Positions 8,356-18,122 of a stretch of DNA of 43,724 nucleotides are shown here, in pieces. How positions within the stretch are numbered: position 1 is the first letter of the stretch; every line of letters starts with the position of its first letter. The stretch covers positions 1-43,724 of the forward strand of contig CAZHVK010000010.1 of NCBI GenBank assembly GCA_964535955.1. Reading direction: 5' to 3'. The notes under the pieces were generated by a model. It was not told the origin of the DNA, did no database searches, and saw nothing but the letters and a program-made list of their open reading frames with translations. This DNA comes from an uncultured Methanosarcinales archaeon (lineage in GTDB: Archaea > Nanobdellota > Nanobdellia > Woesearchaeales > CAXGTL01). A program made the position numbers and the translations under genes.

Positions 8356-9657
8356 ATGAAAATGGATTATATAGCATGTCAGTTGAATATTGCTAAACTA
8401 GATGAAGTTCAAAGAATAATATTATCATATGAACTTAAACAAAATGTTGGTTTGTGTGGGCCAGCTGGTGTTGGTAAAACAGAATTAGTAGAAGGTCTTG
8501 TAACATTGCTTGACAAAAGAATGCATGCTATCACATGTGATGAAAGGATGACTGAAAGTGGAATAATTGCTTATCCTGTATTAGAATCAAATGGTGGTAC
8601 AAAGACTGGTTATAGAAATAATGTTCTTGCAGAAGCTTTGCTAAATGGTGAAGGTTTTTATGGTGATGAGTTTGAATTATTAGATGGAAGTCTTCAAAAA
8701 AGAATGAATTCTGCTTTTGATCATAGAAAAAGAATAACAAGAAGAGATGGAGTTGTGATCATATCAAGAGATGCAAGAGACTTTGACAGGTATGTTAAAA
8801 CATGTCTAAGAAAAGGTTGTGTTTTATCTGATGATAAAACCAAGATAGTAATGAAGATAGGTGATTTTGATGAAAAAATAGTAGCATTATTAGGAAAACC
8901 AGGATTTTTTGGAATAATTGCATATAATCCAAAAGCATTTCATAGGCAGGAATTAGAAGATTCTGTAGCAGACAGGTTTGTAAACATATTTTATGATTAT
9001 TTACCTGAAAAAGTTGAAGCTGCAATTGCTCTAAGATTGTCTGGAATTGATACTGAAATAAAAGGCAAAGGTTTAGAACAAAGAGCAATCTATAATAATG
9101 GCAATGATTTTGAATTTTTAAAAAGAGAGCATGATTGTGCATCATGGAAAATATTGAATGGTAATTTATTCAATGAAGATGTTGATGATAATCATGAAAA
9201 CTTAACAATATATGAAACAGTTATTGGCAATAACCTAGAATTAAAAGTTGAATATGATTATGAGGACATACTTAAATTCGCACTAGAATTAGCTAGGTTT
9301 AACCAAGTTGTTAGAAATTTTGCAGATAATGGAACAAAAGGTCTTGATGAAGACACAATCAGAAATCTAAAAGATCAAGAAAACATAACAATAGGTGAAA
9401 CAAAGAAAATAAAATTACACAAACCTAGTCCAAGAACACTGCAGTATGCTATTAGTGAAGCTAAAAGATTAACAGACAAAGGACTGCCATATGAACTAGT
9501 AAAACAGCATGCAGCTATGCTTGCAATTGACCAGATCTGTACAGGTAGTTTGAAAACAAGTCTTGTTGATGAATTGCAATTGTATGAATTGATCACTACT
9601 TTAGCAAGGGTTGAAGGTTTATTGCCAAGAGTTGATCAAAGATCTGATTTAGGATAA
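8356..9657 (+). CDS. MoxR-clade AAA+ ATPase (CbbQ/NirQ/NorQ-like)
   Basis: Walker A GPAGVGKT, Walker B FYGDE, sensor-1 region IIAYNP, Arg finger ADRF, sensor-2 SPRTL. Confidence 0.9.
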   Translation: MKMDYIACQLNIAKLDEVQRIILSYELKQNVGLCGPAGVGKTELVEGLVTLLDKRMHAITCDERMTESGIIAYPVLESNGGTKTGYRNNVLAEALLNGEGFYGDEFELLDGSLQKRMNSAFDHRKRITRRDGVVIISRDARDFDRYVKTCLRKGCVLSDDKTKIVMKIGDFDEKIVALLGKPGFFGIIAYNPKAFHRQELEDSVADRFVNIFYDYLPEKVEAAIALRLSGIDTEIKGKGLEQRAIYNNGNDFEFLKREHDCASWKILNGNLFNEDVDDNHENLTIYETVIGNNLELKVEYDYEDILKFALELARFNQVVRNFADNGTKGLDEDTIRNLKDQENITIGETKKIKLHKPSPRTLQYAISEAKRLTDKGLPYELVKQHAAMLAIDQICTGSLKTSLVDELQLYELITTLARVEGLLPRVDQRSDLG

Positions 9658-9659
9658 GG

Positions 9660-9677
9660 TTTTTTTTGTTTTTTTTT
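9660..9677 (+). terminator. Oligo-T tract (archaeal intrinsic terminator-like) after the AAA+ gene
   Basis: T8-G-T9 immediately after the stop codon. Confidence 0.5.
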
Positions 9678-9705
9678 GTATTTGATTTATTAAAGGGGAT
9701 TAATT

Positions 9706-12255
9706 ATGCCATGGTTTCAAGGGCTTGAAAAAGCTGTCAAAGAATGTGAAAAGAATATTCATAATGAAATACCATTTTACAGGGTTTTGTTAAAAAGAAA
9801 GCTCTTGGATAGTGTAAAATTACTTTCTGAATTATATGAAGATGATAAAAAAGCAGAAATCATTGTTGATAAGATAAGTTTTGTTGTAAAGTATAGACAT
9901 GATGCAAAGTCTGCAAAAAATCTTGCTAATATCTTTGTTTCTAATGAATATAAAGATATGATGGATAGTCTTGAAGTAAATTCTTGCAACCATGTTACTC
10001 ATTCTATTGGATGGGGAATGAGGAAGAATAAAGAAATAGTTGACATGTTGATTGATGTTTATAAACAAGATGATTTTAAGGATTTTTCTAAGAAATATAA
10101 TAAGAAAAAAAAAACAATTGAAAAATCAGTAAAAAACATATATTCACTAGTCAAAAAACATAAAGATAATTCACTAGCAAAAACATTTGTAAAAATATTG
10201 AATAATGATAAACTTGAGAAAATAGTAAAACATGAATTTATTTCTCAGTATGGTGGGAGTATCATAGATTATGTGAGTGATTTCTTTCTAAAAACAAAAG
10301 ATGAAGAAACTACAAAACAATTCATAGATATAATTGATGATTCTATGTCAAGAAGAAGTGTTCCTTGTGAAATTGGTAAAGCTGTTGTAAACAAGATCAA
10401 GGATTCTGGTGTTGAAAAAGGTTTGAAATTAATGAATTATTATAAAAGTGGTGAGTTCAATGAACTTATAAAAGGGATGGATGATGGTGAAGGTGGAAAG
10501 ATTGTTGACATATGTGAAAAAGTTTTTGATAATAGAAAAATATTAAAAGCATGTGAAGGACTTGTTAAAGATCTAAAGTCTGCTTTGAAAAATATAAAAA
10601 GAATATCTGCAACATCTACTTATGAATTTACACAAACATGGGGCACTGCTTTGTTAGGAAATATAGCTGATCTTTATACTATGACAAAAGATGAAAAACT
10701 AACATTAGATGTTGTTGATCTTGTCAAAGAAATAGATATACCATATGTTTCTACTAGAATGGTTGTTGCAAGGGGTTTTGGTGGGATTGCTAAGTTAAAA
10801 GAGAAAGTGAATGTATTAGGAGATAGGTTTGAATCTCTTAGACAAATATGTTATAAAGATTATTTCAAATTAGTAAGAAAATTTAAATCAGATAACATTA
10901 CTCTTGGAACACTTGGTTACAGTGTTTCTGATGCTACTGAACATGGCATGTACCATACCATGGTATTGATCAATAAATTTAGTGGATATAAATTTGAAGA
11001 GATTGTTAATTGTGTGCATAAACAAGATTTTGGTGATGGAGAAGAAAAAGATATACAAAGAGAAATAAGTGCTCATAAAGAAATGTCTACAATGGCTATA
11101 GGCCATTTTTCTAATCATACTAAAGATGCAAAAATGACAGATGATTTGATCAATATCTTGTATAATCAAGTTGAGAATCCTATATATGTTGGAAACATGG
11201 TTTCTGTTTTTTATAAATTAGTTGATAAAAAGAATGATGTTGAGATATTGGGTAATTTTATTGATCTTCTTAAAGATTATGAATCTGAAAAAGAAATGCA
11301 GATGAAAATCCTGAACATGGTGTATGCTGCTTCTGTTGGTGTTAGGAGATTAAGAAGCGGTGGTTATTTAGAAGAAAAAAATAATATAGACCAAACACAA
11401 GCTGCAATCAATATCTGCAATGGTTCTAAATTTATTGACTTGATAAATAAATTTGAATTAAGTAAAAGAGATGCAATAATGGGGCAGATAGGAGAAGTGT
11501 TTCAATATGGTGGTGTTGAACAACAAGCTAAAGAATTAATGAAACTTTATGATTCTGATGAGTTTTTTGATCATGCTAATGAATTAGACAAAAAAGGATT
11601 AGAAGAACTTGCGAATGGATTGTATTGTTTAAATAGAAATATTGAAGACAAGGATTTGGTTAAAGAAATAACTGATTTTGCATATGATTGTGAAGAAAAA
11701 AGATGTGCAAAACTGCTTCATAATATTGGCAGAAGTACTTATTATGAAAATCATGATTGTTTGTTGTTTTTAGAAACATTCAAGCTATTGCCTAATATTG
11801 AAGGACATGTTTATGAAAGTTTTTTTGAATATCTTAAAGATTTTAATTTTAATTGGTGTGTTAAAAAGAATGAAAAAGTAAATTCTTTGTTAAGACAAGA
11901 AAAAGAATTTTTTGATAAACAAGGTTCTGATGTTATATTTCCAATGGTTTCTATAATGATGAAATTAGGTAAGGAAGAGGATATGAAACAGAAATATTAT
12001 GATAAGATAAAAGCATTGGATTCTTATGACAGGCTTAATCTTGCTAGGGCTTATAATATTGTGAAGAATTATTGTGACAAAGACAAATATAGAAGAGATG
12101 AAAAATCTTTTGAAACTTTTTTTAATTCATTAAAAACAGCTTTAAAAGAAAAGCCAGAGATAATAGGTAAATGGAGCAAAAGAATCATAGATGGTTATTC
12201 TGACAAGATCAAGGATGGTGTGCTGCAGGAGGTTTGTGAACATGTCGCTGGATGA
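9706..12255 (+). CDS. Large helical-repeat protein, paralog 1, with shared C-terminal domain
   Basis: 849 aa. C-terminus LDSYDRLNLARAY...TFFNSLKTALKEKPEIIGKWSKRIIDGY...IKDGVLQEV. Confidence 0.85.
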   Translation: MPWFQGLEKAVKECEKNIHNEIPFYRVLLKRKLLDSVKLLSELYEDDKKAEIIVDKISFVVKYRHDAKSAKNLANIFVSNEYKDMMDSLEVNSCNHVTHSIGWGMRKNKEIVDMLIDVYKQDDFKDFSKKYNKKKKTIEKSVKNIYSLVKKHKDNSLAKTFVKILNNDKLEKIVKHEFISQYGGSIIDYVSDFFLKTKDEETTKQFIDIIDDSMSRRSVPCEIGKAVVNKIKDSGVEKGLKLMNYYKSGEFNELIKGMDDGEGGKIVDICEKVFDNRKILKACEGLVKDLKSALKNIKRISATSTYEFTQTWGTALLGNIADLYTMTKDEKLTLDVVDLVKEIDIPYVSTRMVVARGFGGIAKLKEKVNVLGDRFESLRQICYKDYFKLVRKFKSDNITLGTLGYSVSDATEHGMYHTMVLINKFSGYKFEEIVNCVHKQDFGDGEEKDIQREISAHKEMSTMAIGHFSNHTKDAKMTDDLINILYNQVENPIYVGNMVSVFYKLVDKKNDVEILGNFIDLLKDYESEKEMQMKILNMVYAASVGVRRLRSGGYLEEKNNIDQTQAAINICNGSKFIDLINKFELSKRDAIMGQIGEVFQYGGVEQQAKELMKLYDSDEFFDHANELDKKGLEELANGLYCLNRNIEDKDLVKEITDFAYDCEEKRCAKLLHNIGRSTYYENHDCLLFLETFKLLPNIEGHVYESFFEYLKDFNFNWCVKKNEKVNSLLRQEKEFFDKQGSDVIFPMVSIMMKLGKEEDMKQKYYDKIKALDSYDRLNLARAYNIVKNYCDKDKYRRDEKSFETFFNSLKTALKEKPEIIGKWSKRIIDGYSDKIKDGVLQEVCEHVAG

Positions 12256-14023
12256 TTTGATTGGACTGGATTCATTGAACTTTTATGTAGTTGATTTTGA
12301 TGAAGCAAAACCTAGAATGGTTACAACATTATTACAATATTTTGGATTATTTACAATCAAGCCAGGTGGTTGTCCTAAGACAAATGGAAGAGAAATAATA
12401 TTACCTTCATGCAGGGCTGATTTTGTTGATGAAAAAAAACCACTGCACCTTAATAGAAATGTTAGTTTGTATATTGGCAGTCTGTGCCATGAACTAAGTC
12501 ATATAATTGGTGGATGTTTTGTTATTGATTTTGCAAAATATCTTGTTAATAATTTTGAACAAGTTAAGATTGCACAAACAATACATAATATCATAAGAGA
12601 CAGATGTGATGAAGATTATTTTAAAAGAAAATATGCTAGTAGAAATGATTCTAGATTAATGAAAAATTGTACTGATTACCATGTTCAAAGAAGACAAATG
12701 CCAGAAGATAGGGCAAACAAGTTTTTTGAAATATATTCAACAAAAACAATTGCTGGAAAACACAAAGGAGAATTAGATGAGGATTTTAAACAAGAGATAG
12801 ATGAATTTTTGTCACAAGACATAACAAGTGAAGAAATTAAAAAAACAGGAATAAAAACATTAAAAGATTTATTAGATAAATTAGTTGATATTTCTGTTTT
12901 TGAAAGAGAAACACTTGATGCTGGTAAAGAAAGTCTGCAAGCAACTACACAAGTTTATGAAATAATCATGGAAGAATTTAAAGACATGCCTACATCACTT
13001 GTTGGTTATACAGTAGGTGGTGAACATGGTGAAGGTGAGATAGAAGTTGGTGATATGGATGATATTGATGCAAAACGTGGAGAAATTGATGCAGAATTTA
13101 AAAGAATCAAGGGAAAAATAAAAGCACAAGACAAAGAAGAACAAGAAGATAAAGACAAAAAGCAAAAAGAAACTAATGATGAACCATATTTTGATCATAT
13201 AACAAAGAGTTATAATAATGCGTCAAAAGTGTATGATGAAATTATAAAGGATACAAATCCTAATTTTTTACAAAAACTTAGGAAATATGATTCAATAACA
13301 GAAGAAGTAATTGGTTATTTATTAGAATTACAACCTAATAAAGTGCAGTTAGTTGAAAGAACAACAGAACCTGATGAAATAAATCTAGAAGCTGTTATAG
13401 AAGTTATTGCAGACCCTAGCTTAGGACATGATGCAAGGATCTTTGATTCTATGAGAATAAATAAAAGAGATTATGCTGTTGGGATCTTGGTTGATTGTAG
13501 TGGTTCTACTTGTGAACAGATAAATGGTGATACTATACTTGATATTGAAAAATATTTAGCAGGAATATTATTCCAAGGTTTGAGTTATATTGGAGACAAA
13601 GTAAATATGTATGCTTTTGAAAGTGATTATAGAGAATCAACAGATTCAAGACTTTATTCAATTCCTAATCTAGAAGCATTAGGTTCATTAACACCAACAA
13701 ATGCTAATAGAGATGGTGCTGTGATCAGAAGAATGACAAAGCATCTGATGAATCAAGAAGCAAAAGATAGGTGGATGGTAATTGTTGCAGACGGCAGGCC
13801 AAATGCACATGAATATGATGGTGACATGGCAAGAGAAGATACTGCAAAAGCAATTGAAGAAGCAGAAGGACAAGACATAAGAGTGATCTATCTGAATGTT
13901 GATGATGAACGTCCTGATTATTTCCATAGATTGACAAGGCATGCTACTTATGCAAGATGGTTTAATTCTGTTAAACAATTGCCAAGGTTTGCTTATGATC
14001 TGGTGACAGAGGTAATGGTGTAG
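12242..14023 (+). CDS. NorD/CbbO-like VWA-domain protein with N-terminal HEXXH motif
   Basis: HELSH, acidic linker, MIDAS DCSGS, ANRDGAVIR and IVADGRP. Start reset to ATG 12242 behind SD GGAGGT. Confidence 0.9.
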   Translation: MSLDDLIGLDSLNFYVVDFDEAKPRMVTTLLQYFGLFTIKPGGCPKTNGREIILPSCRADFVDEKKPLHLNRNVSLYIGSLCHELSHIIGGCFVIDFAKYLVNNFEQVKIAQTIHNIIRDRCDEDYFKRKYASRNDSRLMKNCTDYHVQRRQMPEDRANKFFEIYSTKTIAGKHKGELDEDFKQEIDEFLSQDITSEEIKKTGIKTLKDLLDKLVDISVFERETLDAGKESLQATTQVYEIIMEEFKDMPTSLVGYTVGGEHGEGEIEVGDMDDIDAKRGEIDAEFKRIKGKIKAQDKEEQEDKDKKQKETNDEPYFDHITKSYNNASKVYDEIIKDTNPNFLQKLRKYDSITEEVIGYLLELQPNKVQLVERTTEPDEINLEAVIEVIADPSLGHDARIFDSMRINKRDYAVGILVDCSGSTCEQINGDTILDIEKYLAGILFQGLSYIGDKVNMYAFESDYRESTDSRLYSIPNLEALGSLTPTNANRDGAVIRRMTKHLMNQEAKDRWMVIVADGRPNAHEYDGDMAREDTAKAIEEAEGQDIRVIYLNVDDERPDYFHRLTRHATYARWFNSVKQLPRFAYDLVTEVMV

Positions 14024-14026
14024 AAT

Positions 14027-16159
14027 ATGTTATTGGATAATATTGTTATGGAATGTGAACAAAAGATTAGGAAAAAAAAAATAGATCTTGATTTTGATAA
14101 ATTTAAATCTGTTTGCAGAGGTTTGAATGATAATGAAGTTAAACAGATGACTAAAATTATTTGTTATACAAAAGATAAATATATTATTGATGATTATGCT
14201 GAATTATTAGATATTTATTCTGGAAGAAAGGATGAGATTAGTGTAGATATTAAAAAAGCTGTTGAAAAAACAGCTTATATGACAAAAAATGCTGATCTAG
14301 TAAAAGCACTTATTGAATTGTTTGTTTTTTACAAGCATAATAAAGATGTTTCTAAAGAATTAGCAAGAAGAATATGGCTTGTTAATTATTATAATAAAAA
14401 TAAAAAGATTACAAAAGATATTGTCAAGAGTGTTCTTGGATGGTTTAATGATTACAAAGGTAATGAAGATGTTGCATTAAAAGCAACAGAACACATTGCT
14501 AGTGTTTTTTGGGATGATAGTGACATGATAAAACAATACCTGAGATTTATTCATGCTATAAAATATGTAACAGCATATGATGATAGAGACATATTGAATA
14601 GAGTAGAATTTATTAAAAAAGGTGTTTCAAAACACACATTTGGTTGCGGTAAAAGAATGATGAATCTATTGACTTATTTATTAGATAATTATGAAGATGA
14701 AAAAAAATTAATAGGAGATCTTGGTTTTACAATGGGCTTAGCTGTTGATAAATATAATGTTAGTTATGAACAAGCTGATGATTTTATTGGTATATTAGAA
14801 AGATATAAAGATAATTTTAATTTATTTTTTGCAATATGTGATGGACTTGGTTCTGTAATGTCAAACACTGGTGATTATTGTGTGAAGTTGGTTGATAAGT
14901 TTAAGAGTTATGAGTTTACAAATCTTGTTGATGAGTTTGATGAAGATGTTGTTTTAAAGATGATTGAAAAGGTTAGTATGCATGCATTGGGATATACTTA
15001 TATGGATTTTGCAATAGAATTATTTGATATTTATAATTCAGATGAATTCAAGAAATTGATCAATAGTTATGACAAAGATCTAAGAACATTATTAACAGCA
15101 AAAATATCAAGCTGTTGGTATAAAAAAGAATATGCTGAAAAACTGATAAGGTTTTATGATTCTGATAAGATAAGGGATTTTATTGATGAGTTTGAAGGAA
15201 AAACAAGAATGGCAGCCATGTATACAATAGGGCTGATGCCTATCTGTTATAAACTTGAGAAAAATGAGTTTTTGAGTGATTCTGATAAAAAGGTTTTTGA
15301 CAAAACAGATGATATAATGGACTTATTCAGATATTTTAAGAATGGTGAAGAAACAATATATGGTCTGCATTCAGTAATGATAGCTTGTTCTAATTGGCTT
15401 AGTCATGAATATATGTCTTGTGTCATTGATCTATTGAATAATAATAAAGAAAAAGAATTTGTTTTCAAAGGATTGTGTAATGGTTTGGAAGAGATTATTT
15501 CATATCGTAGGGATAGAAGTCGTGAATTTATACCAACATTGGTTGAGGTGTTTAATTCTGATAAGTTCAATGAATTTATAGTTAAGTTTGGTGAAGAACA
15601 AGCTGAGAAAATAATCATATCATTCAATAGAACAAGTTATTATACTGATGGAAATGATTTTTGTGAAGAAGGAAGTGAACGTATTGAAAAAATGATAGAG
15701 ATTTATGAAGATTTAGTAGGTGGTGGATTTGAAGCCAGTGTTTATGAAGAATTAGGTGAATACCTTATTTCAAAAAAATCTAAGAATGTAGAAAGATTAG
15801 GCAAGATTATTAAAGATAATAAAGATCTTTTCTATGGACTTGGCTCTGAAGTTGCTGTTCCTTATATGATAATAATGAATGTTATTGATGATGAGCATCA
15901 TTCTGTTTTAAAAGGATTAAGTAGTTTTGATAAACTGAACCTAGTAAGAGCTTACAAGATATGTAAAGAAAATATAAATAAAGAAGAAAGCGATGATTTT
16001 TATAAGAAAAATTATCTTGGAACATTTTATGAAACATTGAAAAAAGCATTAGAAACTAATCCTGAAATTCTACCTAAGTGGAGCAAAAGGATTGTGGATG
16101 AATATCCTGAGATGATTAAAAACGGAGTGTTGATGGAGGTTTATGATGTCGTTGGATGA
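14027..16159 (+). CDS. Large helical-repeat protein, paralog 2
   Basis: 710 aa. C-terminus LSSFDKLNLVRAY...TFYETLKKALETNPEILPKWSKRIVDEY...IKNGVLMEV. Confidence 0.85.
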   Translation: MLLDNIVMECEQKIRKKKIDLDFDKFKSVCRGLNDNEVKQMTKIICYTKDKYIIDDYAELLDIYSGRKDEISVDIKKAVEKTAYMTKNADLVKALIELFVFYKHNKDVSKELARRIWLVNYYNKNKKITKDIVKSVLGWFNDYKGNEDVALKATEHIASVFWDDSDMIKQYLRFIHAIKYVTAYDDRDILNRVEFIKKGVSKHTFGCGKRMMNLLTYLLDNYEDEKKLIGDLGFTMGLAVDKYNVSYEQADDFIGILERYKDNFNLFFAICDGLGSVMSNTGDYCVKLVDKFKSYEFTNLVDEFDEDVVLKMIEKVSMHALGYTYMDFAIELFDIYNSDEFKKLINSYDKDLRTLLTAKISSCWYKKEYAEKLIRFYDSDKIRDFIDEFEGKTRMAAMYTIGLMPICYKLEKNEFLSDSDKKVFDKTDDIMDLFRYFKNGEETIYGLHSVMIACSNWLSHEYMSCVIDLLNNNKEKEFVFKGLCNGLEEIISYRRDRSREFIPTLVEVFNSDKFNEFIVKFGEEQAEKIIISFNRTSYYTDGNDFCEEGSERIEKMIEIYEDLVGGGFEASVYEELGEYLISKKSKNVERLGKIIKDNKDLFYGLGSEVAVPYMIIMNVIDDEHHSVLKGLSSFDKLNLVRAYKICKENINKEESDDFYKKNYLGTFYETLKKALETNPEILPKWSKRIVDEYPEMIKNGVLMEVYDVVG

Positions 16160-18122
16160 GTTTCTTCAGATGATTGATGAGAAAAATAAACAGATTGAAG
16201 ATGCAAAGGAAAAGATACTAACTAGTTGTCCTGATTTTGATTTTGATAATTTTGAAACTCTTATAAAAAACTATAGGTATAAAAGTGGTGTCTTGAATAT
16301 TGTGCTTGACGCAATAGTAAGTGTTTCTGAATTGTATACAGATAAAAAAACAAGCCAAATGCTGATCAATAAATATAATTCTGAACAATTAAAAAGAATT
16401 GTGAAGCAGGAGAAATACAGATTTGATTTTCCTTATATTGTTGTTAAGAGTGTTGGAAATGCTGTAAAATTTACAGCTAAGGAAGATATTGCACAAATGG
16501 TTATAGATGTTTTTGAATCAGAAGAATTTGATGAGTTTGCAATCAAACATAATAAGAAATGGGAAAATTTTGCAGAGATAATGTTTAAACAGATAGGAGA
16601 ATGCACATACAGAACACAAAACAATGATAAAATAAAAACATTGATGAAGATCTATAATTCAAACAAGTTTAAGAAATTGATTTGGTTTTTTGATTCTCTT
16701 AATCAAGAGGTAGAAGGGTTTAACATAATCGAAGGTGTTGGCAGAACATTCTCAGGAACACAAAACAAGACATTGACATTTGAATTGATAGATTTTTTAA
16801 AAATAAATTGTTCTCTTTTTAATGAAAAATATCTTGCAGAAACTGCAAAAAGTATTGGTAATACTGCATTAGGAATTAACAATTCAAAAATAACAAGAAA
16901 TCTTATGAAATTAGTCAGATCTTATTGGCCAAAAAAAGGCACTGGATTCAGAGAAACACTTGAAACAGGATCAATGATTGTAAAAGAAGTAGAAAATATT
17001 TCTCTTGAATACAATGATAAGTCTTTGACACAAAAATTAATAGAAATCTATGATTCTGATAATTTTAGAGAATTAATAGCTAAACAAAATTTTTTAGGAG
17101 GAAAGGAAATTATTTCAGAGATTATTGAAAGAACACAAAAGATATTAAACTTTTGTCAAAGCAAAGATAAAGTAGATGATTTTTTTGATTTACTGCATGA
17201 ATATTCAAAAAGGGGAAGAATTATTACTGATTTAGTAACTGCTATTGATCGTATCAATAGAAGGTCTGTATTTAGTGAACCCATCTATGACAGGGTTATA
17301 AGATTATTTTATCACTATTCTAAGGATCCTAATAAAGGATTAAGCATTGCAAAAGTTCTTAATGATTTTGCTATTACAAATAATATGATGTTTTGTGGAA
17401 GTGAAACAATTGATCTATTAGAGCACTATAAAGATAATCAAGGATTGACATTTATCATTAACAAAGAAATATCTAAGATCAAGAATCCAATAGAAACTGA
17501 TAATCTAAAAAGATTGATTAAAAGGTATAAATCAAAAAGATTTGAAGATCTGATTGGATCTTATTATACAAAAAAACATAATAAACATTGGATGTTTTTG
17601 GTATCATCAACAATAAGAAAGATCTGTTGTTATAATCCTCATACAGATGTTGCTGATAAAATAATGGATGTTTTTGAACAGACAAGACACAGCAAGTTCA
17701 GGTATAACTTTTATGTCCCTGTTTTGAACCATGTTTTTAAAGATCTAAAAAATCCTGTAAAAATCAAGAATGTGTGTGATGTTTTTATAAAACAAAAACA
17801 TTATCTTGCTAAACAAAACATGGATGTTGGACCTTACTTAGCAATTGTCATGTCAGGTGTTGATGAGAAGTATCATTCAATTGTCAAAGATTTGGATGAG
17901 TATGATAAATTAAATCTTACAAGAGCTTACAAGATTGTTCAGAATTATGATGATAAAGAACCTGGTACTCTTAATACTTTTTACAAAACATTCCAGGCAG
18001 CATTAGAAACAAGACCAGAATCTGTTGGTAAATGGTTGTTAAGGATTGTAAAAGGTTATAAGAAAAAGATTGATGATGGGGTTTTGCAAGAGGTTTATGA
18101 TGCCATTGGAAAGACAGATTAA
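16146..18122 (+). CDS. Large helical-repeat protein, paralog 3
   Basis: ~658 aa, SD GGAGGT at 16135-16140. C-terminus LDEYDKLNLTRAY...GKWLLRIVKGYKKKIDDGVLQEV. Confidence 0.85.
   Translation: MSLDEFLQMIDEKNKQIEDAKEKILTSCPDFDFDNFETLIKNYRYKSGVLNIVLDAIVSVSELYTDKKTSQMLINKYNSEQLKRIVKQEKYRFDFPYIVVKSVGNAVKFTAKEDIAQMVIDVFESEEFDEFAIKHNKKWENFAEIMFKQIGECTYRTQNNDKIKTLMKIYNSNKFKKLIWFFDSLNQEVEGFNIIEGVGRTFSGTQNKTLTFELIDFLKINCSLFNEKYLAETAKSIGNTALGINNSKITRNLMKLVRSYWPKKGTGFRETLETGSMIVKEVENISLEYNDKSLTQKLIEIYDSDNFRELIAKQNFLGGKEIISEIIERTQKILNFCQSKDKVDDFFDLLHEYSKRGRIITDLVTAIDRINRRSVFSEPIYDRVIRLFYHYSKDPNKGLSIAKVLNDFAITNNMMFCGSETIDLLEHYKDNQGLTFIINKEISKIKNPIETDNLKRLIKRYKSKRFEDLIGSYYTKKHNKHWMFLVSSTIRKICCYNPHTDVADKIMDVFEQTRHSKFRYNFYVPVLNHVFKDLKNPVKIKNVCDVFIKQKHYLAKQNMDVGPYLAIVMSGVDEKYHSIVKDLDEYDKLNLTRAYKIVQNYDDKEPGTLNTFYKTFQAALETRPESVGKWLLRIVKGYKKKIDDGVLQEVYDAIGKTD
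17897..18085 (+). repeat. 189-bp exact direct repeat, copy 1 (3' end of paralog 3)
   Basis: Identical base for base to 21279-21467. Confidence 0.95.

Noticed and set aside
8356..14023. Calling the pair cbbQ/cbbO (Rubisco activase) or norQ/norD
   Set aside because: The family resemblance is clear, but no Rubisco or NO-reductase gene is in the window and the proteins are longer and divergent, so no gene symbol was assigned.
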